A DNA stretch of 64,000 nt from an uncultured virus (IMG/VR IMGVR_UViG_3300030419_004303) (taxonomy: Duplodnaviria > Heunggongvirae > Uroviricota > Caudoviricetes), in the IMG/VR virus record IMGVR_UViG_3300030419_004303, one strand, 5' to 3'. Positions 30,151 to 38,126 of this stretch are shown piece after piece. Under the pieces are notes generated by a model. That model saw nothing but the letters and a program-made list of their open reading frames with translations. It had not been told where the DNA came from and ran no database searches. The stretch's first letter is position 1, and each line of letters opens with the position of its first letter. Position numbers and translations under genes: made by a program.

Positions 30151-30369
30151 AACAAAGACAAGGCAGCCTGATCCATGAACCTGTGAATCATGGACGGGTT
30201 GCCTTGCACATTAATTGAGGGGATAACGATGTATGATACATATATCTGGGAAAAGGGGTATATGGGGAATAGATAGAAAATTACTAGACAAATACTAGTA
30301 AATATATTATAAACAATTTCAATCTGGAATTCGCCAGGTGAAAGCAAACTAATAACCGAAAGGAATCAA

Positions 30370-30549
30370 ATGGTATTAACTGAAGGCACTAAAGTAATAG
30401 TACCCCATCGTGGAAAGCTCACGGCTGGGACTATTGTTAGGCATGACAATGGCAAACCTCATTACTCCCCGTTCTATATTGTAGACGTTGGAGAGTATGA
30501 GTCTATTAAATGTCCTATTCATAGAACAAAAAGAAAACCAACAGCATGA
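30370..30549 (+). CDS. Small hypothetical protein (59 aa, not in track)
   Basis: gaaagga RBS; MVLTEGTKVIVPHRGKLTAGTIVRH...; ATGA overlap with the next ORF. Confidence 0.6.
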   Translation: MVLTEGTKVIVPHRGKLTAGTIVRHDNGKPHYSPFYIVDVGEYESIKCPIHRTKRKPTA

Positions 30550-31106
30550 AAGCACTAACTATAAAGAATACAAAAACTAAACCACGTCATGGTGAGGAAA
30601 GCCGATATAATAGACCCTTCTTCATTGACCTGGACACTGTTGACAATGATCCAGAGGTGAGGAGACTGGAGGGCGAGGGGATAAGATGGTTCTATGGCAT
30701 CAAAGATGCCTACGAGTTTGGAAACCTTGGCAAGTTAGGTCAAGGCTTCCATGTCTACAAAGATCCAGAAGCTATTACAGGGACAGTTGGGGTTGTCTTT
30801 TTATATGAGTATAAAGATAGTTTTATAACTGTTAAATCTGTAGAGGAACTTGAAGAGATTGGAAGAGAGAACTATAAGGATAGACTGGAACTTGCATGGG
30901 GGTGCTTACGTGAGCAAAGAGCTGTCGCTGCTCCCTTAGAAAATGCTAGGTATCTCCTAAGTAGGCTTGAGGGAAACGCTTATGTGTTCCTTAAACCAGA
31001 GGATGAGATTACTGAAGGCATAGTGTATAACCGAAGAAGTTTAGTATTTGATGATTCAAGATTTAATACTCACGAGATTAATTACACTGAGCATTACATC
31101 AATTAA
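30546..31106 (+). CDS. Hypothetical protein
   Basis: 186-aa ORF. Confidence 0.65.
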   Translation: MKALTIKNTKTKPRHGEESRYNRPFFIDLDTVDNDPEVRRLEGEGIRWFYGIKDAYEFGNLGKLGQGFHVYKDPEAITGTVGVVFLYEYKDSFITVKSVEELEEIGRENYKDRLELAWGCLREQRAVAAPLENARYLLSRLEGNAYVFLKPEDEITEGIVYNRRSLVFDDSRFNTHEINYTEHYIN

Positions 31107-31164
31107 ATAATTTCAACTGGCATATTCTTTGCCAGTGAAAGCAAAACCTAGAACCAAAAAAACA

Positions 31165-32295
31165 ATGGTAACAGTAGAAACTACTACAGTAAATACAGAG
31201 CTTGCAGAAAATGCAAAGCATCACGAACTCGATAGAGTTTTAAGAGGCGGAACTAAAGAGGACTATATGACTCCTCTTAGTAAAACAGAATTCGATTACC
31301 TTGAAGAGGGTAATAGATACACTGTAAGAATCCCCACAGGGGTGGGGTCATATCGCAGGGCTAACTGTTCAAAGTTATTCCTTACGAGATACCTAACTGA
31401 GCTAGGAGGTAATGGGCTAGTCCAGTATGGCAGGATGTTACATGCAAGCAATCAGCATGAGTTACTTCTCAAGAATGTGAGGGAACAAATTGCCAGGCAC
31501 GAAGGATCTTTCATGATCCGCACACTGTCGAATCCTGCAGCAGGTTACACTCAAGCCAGGGCATTGCTCTCACCGAGTTATAAGAGATTGGATGATGACT
31601 TCATCTTTCCAACTATTCGCCAGGTTCTTGAAGGACTACCTGCCTTTAAGGAATTAGGAGGGCGTAACACTGGAGAGAAAACCTTTGCCCGTTGGGTAAC
31701 TAAAGAGCCAGTGCTTACCATTGGGAAGCGCAATATATTTATAGGCTTCCAGATAACTAACTCTGAAGTTGGTCAGTCTGGTTTCTATATAGAGTTCTTC
31801 TTATGCGATGGCTTCTGTGACAATGGGATGGTCTTCGGGATGGAGGAGCTTGAAGTGTTTTACATGAAGCACTCAGGAAAGAGACTCGACACCAGTAGAA
31901 CAGGGCTATTGTCTAGCACACCCTTCGCAAACCCATTAGAGAAGTCTAAAATGGAGGACAAAATCCAGAGCCGAATCCTTGAGATGGTCGCTCCTGAAAA
32001 GATAGACTATATCAAAGAGCTAGTGCTCAGTTCTTTCGAGAGAACCTTTACCAAGGAACCCGATATAATTATCGAGAAGTTTGGTAAGTTCTACGAATGC
32101 ACTGAAGAAGAGATTGACTTAGCTAAAGAGCTATTTGTTGATGGTGAGCGTCATGCCTATGGCTTGCAAGCTGCCTTCACTGCTGCGGGGCAGAGAATAG
32201 AAAGCTTTGACAGGCGAGCCGAGCTTGATCGCATCGGTGGTATGATTGTTGAACAGTCTCAAGATAAATGGGACTCATTAATCTTGGCTGCATAA
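31165..32295 (+). CDS. DUF932-like protein
   Basis: RALLSPSYKRLD, ITNSEVG, CDNGMV and a downstream His match the DUF932 pattern; ATG at 31165 preferred. Confidence 0.7.
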   Translation: MVTVETTTVNTELAENAKHHELDRVLRGGTKEDYMTPLSKTEFDYLEEGNRYTVRIPTGVGSYRRANCSKLFLTRYLTELGGNGLVQYGRMLHASNQHELLLKNVREQIARHEGSFMIRTLSNPAAGYTQARALLSPSYKRLDDDFIFPTIRQVLEGLPAFKELGGRNTGEKTFARWVTKEPVLTIGKRNIFIGFQITNSEVGQSGFYIEFFLCDGFCDNGMVFGMEELEVFYMKHSGKRLDTSRTGLLSSTPFANPLEKSKMEDKIQSRILEMVAPEKIDYIKELVLSSFERTFTKEPDIIIEKFGKFYECTEEEIDLAKELFVDGERHAYGLQAAFTAAGQRIESFDRRAELDRIGGMIVEQSQDKWDSLILAA

Positions 32296-32312
32296 TTGAA
32301 ACAAACAAAACC

Positions 32313-32345
32313 AAGTCACACCTCATGCAGTCTGGGGTGTGACTT
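32313..32345 (+). terminator. Intergenic hairpin
   Basis: aagtcacacctca/tggggtgtgactt stem. Confidence 0.6.
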
Positions 32346-32357
32346 ATTCTAAATAAA

Positions 32358-32882
32358 ATGAAAGTAGAACTAAAAAGTATAAAGCATTGCCAAGCATTGA
32401 GTCATGAGACTAATGCCTTCACTGCTAAGGTATACGTGAATGGCAAGCACGTAGGAGATGCAGAGAATGCAGGACATGGAGGTCCGACTCATGTACAAAC
32501 TGCCTGGAAGGGTAAGAAAGACGAGCAAGGATATCCTATCTATTCAGATGCTGATAAAGAAGCCGTTGATAAACTCCACAAATGGGCGGAGAAAAATAAC
32601 GAGTATGGCATTGAGGGTCTAATTGAAGATCTTCTAATGGAAGAACTCTGGTGGAGGGACTTCACGAAAGATAAGAGGAATAAACTTCTTTATCTGAAAG
32701 AGGGTAGTGTTTGGTTTATATCTAGGAAAGGTATACCCGCTAGCCGTATCAAGTCTGGCGAAGTTGAGGAGCAGCTAAAGAAAACCGAGTGGTGGAAGCC
32801 TGAGTATGTGTTCCTTAACAATGTTAAGAAGCCTGAGTTTATTGCTAAGTACAAAGAAGCTTGGATAGGGGGGAACAAATGA
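32358..32882 (+). CDS. Conserved-looking phage hypothetical protein
   Basis: SHETNAFTAKVYVNG...NAGHGG motif. Confidence 0.65.
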   Translation: MKVELKSIKHCQALSHETNAFTAKVYVNGKHVGDAENAGHGGPTHVQTAWKGKKDEQGYPIYSDADKEAVDKLHKWAEKNNEYGIEGLIEDLLMEELWWRDFTKDKRNKLLYLKEGSVWFISRKGIPASRIKSGEVEEQLKKTEWWKPEYVFLNNVKKPEFIAKYKEAWIGGNK

Positions 32883-33109
32883 GCACATCAGTTAACAAAA
32901 AACTAGATGCATTAAAGTATGTCATTGAGCTAGTTGAGGATTGGCTCACACGCATTACCAAAGAACATGCACATACTACTCTAGACAAAGGAATGAGGAG
33001 GGAACTAGAACAACATATTGAATGGTGTCAGATAGGGCTCTTCATGTTGTACAAATTAGTTCCAGATAGTTCCCTAATGGAAATGCTAAAAGAGGAGGAT
33101 TCCAAATGA
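32879..33109 (+). CDS. Hypothetical protein
   Basis: Coupled overlaps. Confidence 0.6.
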   Translation: MSTSVNKKLDALKYVIELVEDWLTRITKEHAHTTLDKGMRRELEQHIEWCQIGLFMLYKLVPDSSLMEMLKEEDSK

Positions 33110-33321
33110 ACATAAAACAAAACCTAACTCAAGAGATAGTAGACAATGCCTTTGAGCATGTCTATAACTTAATCCACACTCGACTCAATGACTTGCATGC
33201 AAGGCCAGACGAGGAACGAGACGAAGCTGCCATCGAAGAAGAGCAATTATTAAAGGTTGCTCTCTTTGTCCTGGGCCACCAGCCTGAAGAACTATACACA
33301 CTACTAAAAAGTAATGCCTAG
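33106..33321 (+). CDS. Hypothetical protein
   Basis: gaggagg RBS. Confidence 0.6.
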   Translation: MNIKQNLTQEIVDNAFEHVYNLIHTRLNDLHARPDEERDEAAIEEEQLLKVALFVLGHQPEELYTLLKSNA

Positions 33322-33661
33322 TAACCACGTAAGTAACGAGCCATATCATGAATGGCTTGCAGAAGTAAACAAACATAAGTCTGGTGTACTCCAGAATCAT
33401 ATGTTTGATGTAGCATTCACGTTAGTATCTCCCAAGGATTGGGAAGACATAACTAATGGGGAGCTAATCACAGCTCTAGCCAAGAGGCTGGATGCTTTAA
33501 GAGAAGAGTATCGTTTCACACGAGACAAGCCTCACGATGATGCCTTTGGGTACAGTGACAGCTATGTAGTGCTAGACCAGAGTCTAACGAACGAGCTCAA
33601 AGTTGCTAGAGAAAAACTAGATTCCGAAATACTAAACCAGGAGGAAACAAAACAACAATGA
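33314..33661 (+). CDS. Hypothetical protein
   Basis: Coupled ORF. Confidence 0.6.
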   Translation: MPSNHVSNEPYHEWLAEVNKHKSGVLQNHMFDVAFTLVSPKDWEDITNGELITALAKRLDALREEYRFTRDKPHDDAFGYSDSYVVLDQSLTNELKVAREKLDSEILNQEETKQQ

Positions 33662-33840
33662 AAACAAAACCTATAATATATAAGTTCACATTCTATGGAT
33701 GTGTTCACCCATTAAACAACGAAGAGAAGACCCAAAAGGATCTGGAAAGCGAACTTGATGATCTGATATGGTGTCATGAATCACTACAGGTGCTGACTCC
33801 TTTGAAGGTAGATAAACATAAGTTAGTAAAGGAGGAATAA
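33658..33840 (+). CDS. Hypothetical protein
   Basis: Coupled ORF. Confidence 0.55.
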   Translation: MKTKPIIYKFTFYGCVHPLNNEEKTQKDLESELDDLIWCHESLQVLTPLKVDKHKLVKEE

Positions 33841-33841
33841 G

Positions 33842-34084
33842 ATGGGCTGGCGACCAATAAAAGATGAGCTCATTCTACATCGGTGGAGGTGCATAGAATA
33901 TGCGGATACAACTAAGTCCTATGTATGTGAGCTAGCGGAAGTACCACCCTACTGGTATGCAGAGAATGGACTCCCCACCTGTGCCGATTGTGGCAGAGAC
34001 ATGGAGTATGTAGAAACTCTCTTGGATTGTAACTTCGATGCAATAAGAGAAACCCTAGTAGTAAAGCAAGAAAGGAAAGAATAA
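33842..34084 (+). CDS. Small Zn-ribbon-like protein
   Basis: aggagg RBS; PTCADCGRDM plus upstream Cys residues. Confidence 0.6.
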   Translation: MGWRPIKDELILHRWRCIEYADTTKSYVCELAEVPPYWYAENGLPTCADCGRDMEYVETLLDCNFDAIRETLVVKQERKE

Positions 34085-34088
34085 TCTT

Positions 34089-34934
34089 ATGAACAGAAAG
34101 CAACTGATGCAGTTTGCACGGATGGTGCAGACTGAGAAGAAAGGCTGGCCATTAGAGCAATGGCTAGACGAGAACGTCCTTGCCGAAAAGGGAAGTGACA
34201 TCACAAAGGTTGGAACGTGGGCATACTATGCTCACAAGTTCCAACGCTTTTTAGATACAGGTAGACCAGAGTTCTCCTTGTTTGTCGATGGCAACAAGAA
34301 GCTATCTTTCAAGGCGTGGTCTGTCCTGCCTATTGTATCCTGCCCTGGAGCGGGGGATTGTGCAGAGTTCTGCTACAGCTTGAAGGCGTGGCGTTACCCT
34401 GCTGCATTCTTCAGACAGGCACAGAACCTATGGCTCTTGAACCATGAACCATGTACCATTGAACATGATTGGCTGTTCTTGCCTTCTGGTATAACAGTTA
34501 GGCTGTACGTTGATGGAGATATTCATGACATGGAGACGCTAGCCTTCTGGTTTAGGATGTTAGAGTTACGACCTGACATCAAAGCTTACGGGTACAGCAA
34601 GAGTTGGGATCTCTTCTTACAGTGGGATAGCGAAGGCCGACCCTTCCCTGAGAACTACAAGCTTAACCTATCAAGTGGGAGCAGGTATGACGAAGAGAAG
34701 AGGGAGAAGATGCTGAAGCTACCATGCACCAGAGGGGACTTCCTCGCTGTAGCTATTGACAAGGAAGCCTCTAAAGCAGGACACAAGACAAGAGAATATA
34801 AGAAAGCAGTACGCAATGCGGTGGGCAAGCGAGTGTTTGTTTGTCCAGGAGTATGTGACTCATGCACACCGAAGGGGCATGCATGCGGATTGGAATCATT
34901 CACGAACGTGCCGATAGCAATCGGCCTTCATTAA
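34089..34934 (+). CDS. Gp88-like Cys-rich protein (radical-SAM-like, possible Fe-S)
   Basis: GNKKL, CPGAGDCAEFCY, RLYVDGD, YGYSK and C-terminal CPGVCDSC...C. Confidence 0.7.
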   Translation: MNRKQLMQFARMVQTEKKGWPLEQWLDENVLAEKGSDITKVGTWAYYAHKFQRFLDTGRPEFSLFVDGNKKLSFKAWSVLPIVSCPGAGDCAEFCYSLKAWRYPAAFFRQAQNLWLLNHEPCTIEHDWLFLPSGITVRLYVDGDIHDMETLAFWFRMLELRPDIKAYGYSKSWDLFLQWDSEGRPFPENYKLNLSSGSRYDEEKREKMLKLPCTRGDFLAVAIDKEASKAGHKTREYKKAVRNAVGKRVFVCPGVCDSCTPKGHACGLESFTNVPIAIGLH

Positions 34935-34936
34935 TT

Positions 34937-35140
34937 ATGGCAACTAAACTAAACAGTACAGTACACAGGGAGGTAAAACTCCAGAATCCGACAGGCCCAA
35001 TAGAAGACTACATTGTCTCCTTAAAGGCGGGAACTAAACCGAGCTTAGTATTTCGTAAGAAGAAACATCGTAGTGAGACAGAGATACCCTTAGAGGTGTT
35101 GCTGTTCCCTGAACATTGGACTTACGAATACGAAGAGTAA
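34937..35140 (+). CDS. Hypothetical protein
   Basis: ATG 2 nt after the previous stop. Confidence 0.55.
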   Translation: MATKLNSTVHREVKLQNPTGPIEDYIVSLKAGTKPSLVFRKKKHRSETEIPLEVLLFPEHWTYEYEE

Positions 35141-35152
35141 CAAACAAAACAT

Positions 35153-35437
35153 ATGGAAAAGAACAGAAACCTAAAACAAATCCTCGATGACTTTGTCAAA
35201 GCGTTCCCCCAACAAGGGGAGACATACGAGGATGTCACTACCTTGCTCGTTAACATCGAGAAGGAATTAGATAAGCCAGACCCAACAAAGAAATTGATTA
35301 GCAGTACCCTTGGGGAAGTAATCATTTTATTAACTGGGTTTATAACAGAGAACCCTGACTTCTTAGAGTCCACTCATGATGTGGATGTGGCCAGGGGTAT
35401 TCTACAATCGCTCAAAGATAAGCTTGAAATAAAATGA
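35153..35437 (+). CDS. Hypothetical protein
   Basis: ORF track, coupled. Confidence 0.6.
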   Translation: MEKNRNLKQILDDFVKAFPQQGETYEDVTTLLVNIEKELDKPDPTKKLISSTLGEVIILLTGFITENPDFLESTHDVDVARGILQSLKDKLEIK

Positions 35438-35769
35438 AGAGTATAACGGAGGGCATAAACGAAGCTGTTAAGGAAATGAAAGACATGGATAAAACAGAAC
35501 TCTTCGACAAGTTCCTAGAACTTCACGAAGACAATGTAGTTATGTCTTCTCCTACCAGAGTTAGCTGGAAAAAGACTAAGGAAAGAATACAGGAAAAAGG
35601 AATCGAGTATTCTGCTTGGCTTTACTATTGGAGAATGGCTGAAGGTAATCCATTGGATGATAGATCCTGCATCTTCGCTTCCATTGACTGGCAAATTAAA
35701 GAAGAAAAAAGATTGCGTAAGCTGATGGCTGAAAGACAGAAGGAACTACGTAAGAACAAAGAAGATTGA
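35434..35769 (+). CDS. Hypothetical protein
   Basis: ORF track, coupled. Confidence 0.6.
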   Translation: MKSITEGINEAVKEMKDMDKTELFDKFLELHEDNVVMSSPTRVSWKKTKERIQEKGIEYSAWLYYWRMAEGNPLDDRSCIFASIDWQIKEEKRLRKLMAERQKELRKNKED

Positions 35770-35796
35770 CATATTAATAATATAAATATATATAAT
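35766..35796 (+). promoter_or_regulatory. Sigma70-like promoter, probably leaderless
   Basis: TTGACA at 35766, TATATA after 17 nt or TATAAT after 19 nt, GTG start at 35801. Confidence 0.55.
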
Positions 35797-35800
35797 CGTT

Positions 35801-36091
35801 GTGAGAATAATAGATAGAAATAAAATAGAAAATATAAAAAGAGCCGTGTCTTCGGTTTCTGGTTTTGGCGAGGCTGAACTTCGGATTAGCCGTGACCACA
35901 CAGTCACCCCCTGGGCATCAATGGGAATGTATCTCATATCCCAAGAGGGGGAGACTGCACACAAAGCAGCCTCCCATTATGGGAGGAAGTACGGGGCAGT
36001 ATATGCTATCAAGAAAAAGATAGAAAAGCAACCTGAAAGGTTCCAGCCCTATCTCGATAAGATACAACATAGGATAGACTCATGTGGTTAA
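35801..36091 (+). CDS. DnaA domain IV-like helix-turn-helix protein
   Basis: SRxxxV...GMYL...G.T...ASHYGR...AVYAIKKKI resembles the DnaA C-terminal domain. Confidence 0.55.
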   Translation: MRIIDRNKIENIKRAVSSVSGFGEAELRISRDHTVTPWASMGMYLISQEGETAHKAASHYGRKYGAVYAIKKKIEKQPERFQPYLDKIQHRIDSCG

Positions 36092-36169
36092 TTTATCTTT
36101 TATTGTATATGGTCTTCTGCATTATATTATGCAGGTTTATGGGAATGACTAAAGACATAGAGAGGAAAA

Positions 36170-36367
36170 ATGTCAACAATACTAAACCAAAAGACGACTG
36201 AGTTTACTCCTTATAATTCGATAGCTCTTCTTTATAATTCAAATAGAGAAACGTGGAGAGTTGTGGGGGTTAAGAACAAAGAACTTAATACAGTTCTTTA
36301 CGAAGGAAGAGATTACGAAGAAGCTAAGTGGCTTTATAAAGTAATCATTGATACAGAAAATAAATAA
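36170..36367 (+). CDS. Hypothetical protein
   Basis: gagagga RBS. Confidence 0.55.
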   Translation: MSTILNQKTTEFTPYNSIALLYNSNRETWRVVGVKNKELNTVLYEGRDYEEAKWLYKVIIDTENK

Positions 36368-36393
36368 ATAACCTATAAAATAGAAAGCAAATA

Positions 36394-37470
36394 ATGTGGA
36401 TAATACCAAAGAATATATCAGACACCTGTCCCTATGTAGTGGATACGAAGGGATTGGACTTGGACTCAGAAGAGTTCTCCCAGATGTGCGAGAAGTCGCT
36501 CATGTTGAAATCGAAGCCTTCGCTATCGCCAACTTGGTTGCGAAGATGGAAGCGGGTGAAGTTCATCCAGCACCTGTGTTCTCGAACCTTAAAGAATTCC
36601 CATTCAGAAAGTTTCGTGGATGCGTGGACATCATGTCTGGGGGGTTCCCTTGCCAGCCCTTCAGCGGAGCAGGGAAACAACAATCAACTGAAGACCCAAG
36701 ACACCTCTTCCCCTACATCCTTGAAGGAATCAGAGAGTGCCAACCAGCAGTTGTCTTTCTCGAAAATGTTGAAGGAATTATCTCCAGCAAAACAGACGAA
36801 GGGGAATCCGTTCTCAAGTATGTGCTCCAAAGCCTGGAAGAAGTGGGTTACCGAGCAACGGCAGGAGTATTCTCAGCGTCTGAAGTTGGGGCTCCCCATC
36901 AAAGAAAACGAGTCTTTATCATGGCCCACCGCAAGGACTTCCGATGCGGAAGGGGGAAGGATAGAGACGGAGCTGACAGACAAGGGCTTCAGGAGTCGGA
37001 GGAAGACAAGCAATCAATGGTTCGGAGCCAAGCTGAGGGATGCAGTGGAGACATGGGAGAACTGGGCTACACCAAACACGATGGATGGGTTGCCTCCACG
37101 TTCAGAGGAATCCTTGAGGAGGCAAGCACAAACAACAAGGAAGGGCAGAAGGAGGCCAGCGAATCTTCGGGAACAGGTGGATCCCAGAGCTGTGGAAATA
37201 TACAAGCAAGTAAACTGGCCGACTCCGACAGCGAGCGACCACAAAGGATCCGGTCCGACAGTTATACGGAAGGACGGGAAGGACAGGTCGAACGCCCGCT
37301 TGGACTATGCAACCGAGCAAGTGCCTGGCCCGCCAGACCAAAAGAAGACCAGCACGAATGGGAAGAGCCCAGGGTTGTCCACTCAGTACAGGCTCTCACC
37401 AAATTGGGTGGAACAACTGATGGGGATCCCCGTAGGGTGGACGCAACTGCCAATCGAGTGGATCGATTAA
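36394..37470 (+). CDS. Overlapping-frame partner of the C5 methyltransferase (TRD-like repeats plus motif IX)
   Basis: 358 codons open; three W(P/A)T(P/A) repeats and RLSPNWVEQLMGIPVGWT. Confidence 0.7.
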   Translation: MWIIPKNISDTCPYVVDTKGLDLDSEEFSQMCEKSLMLKSKPSLSPTWLRRWKRVKFIQHLCSRTLKNSHSESFVDAWTSCLGGSLASPSAEQGNNNQLKTQDTSSPTSLKESESANQQLSFSKMLKELSPAKQTKGNPFSSMCSKAWKKWVTEQRQEYSQRLKLGLPIKENESLSWPTARTSDAEGGRIETELTDKGFRSRRKTSNQWFGAKLRDAVETWENWATPNTMDGLPPRSEESLRRQAQTTRKGRRRPANLREQVDPRAVEIYKQVNWPTPTASDHKGSGPTVIRKDGKDRSNARLDYATEQVPGPPDQKKTSTNGKSPGLSTQYRLSPNWVEQLMGIPVGWTQLPIEWID

Positions 37471-37544
37471 GGCTTCTGGGAAATGGGGTTGTCCCTCATG
37501 TAGCTTCTAAAGCATTTGTTGTATTAAGTCGTAGGCTGATTTAA
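36396..37544 (+). CDS. DNA (cytosine-5)-methyltransferase, catalytic polypeptide
   Basis: Motifs I SLCSGYEG, IV GFPCQPFS, VI ENV, VIII PHQRKRVF, X LGNGVVP; motif IX absent from this frame. Confidence 0.9.
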   Translation: MDNTKEYIRHLSLCSGYEGIGLGLRRVLPDVREVAHVEIEAFAIANLVAKMEAGEVHPAPVFSNLKEFPFRKFRGCVDIMSGGFPCQPFSGAGKQQSTEDPRHLFPYILEGIRECQPAVVFLENVEGIISSKTDEGESVLKYVLQSLEEVGYRATAGVFSASEVGAPHQRKRVFIMAHRKDFRCGRGKDRDGADRQGLQESEEDKQSMVRSQAEGCSGDMGELGYTKHDGWVASTFRGILEEASTNNKEGQKEASESSGTGGSQSCGNIQASKLADSDSERPQRIRSDSYTEGREGQVERPLGLCNRASAWPARPKEDQHEWEEPRVVHSVQALTKLGGTTDGDPRRVDATANRVDRLRLLGNGVVPHVASKAFVVLSRRLI

Positions 37545-37547
37545 ATT

Positions 37548-37730
37548 ATGCCCTACGGGAAAAAGAAACATGCAGCACTCTTTGAAGAAAAGAATGGAAA
37601 ATTTAGCCTACTCAGGAGAGTACCTAGCTCTAGGCTACTTGAAGACATTGAATCAATTGAAGATGCAGAAGTGATAGCCCGTTTACTTAACTATAAGATA
37701 GTGAAAATATATTATTTAGACGAGGAATAA
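37548..37730 (+). CDS. Hypothetical protein
   Basis: ORF following the MTase. Confidence 0.55.
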   Translation: MPYGKKKHAALFEEKNGKFSLLRRVPSSRLLEDIESIEDAEVIARLLNYKIVKIYYLDEE

Positions 37731-37768
37731 TTTTGCCGAGAGGTACTGTAGTAACACCGACATAACAT

Positions 37769-37816
37769 AACCCCGTCATCTGTTTATAGGTTTGCAGGTG
37801 GCGGGGTTTTAATTTT
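37769..37816 (+). terminator. Rho-independent terminator
   Basis: aaccccgtcatctgt/gcaggtggcggggtt stem then a T-rich tract. Confidence 0.75.
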
Positions 37817-37829
37817 AAAGCACACAATT

Positions 37830-38126
37830 ATGTTAATAAGAAAAATAAAAAAAGGATTATATGAAGTACTATTAGAAGACAGCACAGAATCTGTTTTCAG
37901 GGTAGAAGACATGCGTGTATCAGGCTCACTCCCCACTGCCTATAAAGCATCACAACCTTGGGGGGTGTGGGAGCATAGTGATCCGCAACAAGCTGGAAAA
38001 GATTTTTGGAAAATGGGGAATGAGCTAGACGTAAAAGATTACACCCTTCTAATAGAAGAAAAATCTTTTAAAGATTGTATCTTTGCAATCGCTTTATGGG
38101 AAGAAGCTAATGAAATTTTAAACTAA
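37830..38126 (+). CDS. Hypothetical protein
   Basis: 98 aa, converges on the giant gene. Confidence 0.55.
   Translation: MLIRKIKKGLYEVLLEDSTESVFRVEDMRVSGSLPTAYKASQPWGVWEHSDPQQAGKDFWKMGNELDVKDYTLLIEEKSFKDCIFAIALWEEANEILN

Noticed and set aside
36432..37453. Minus-strand ORFs over the methyltransferase
   Set aside because: Short and motif-free; expected where dual coding constrains composition.
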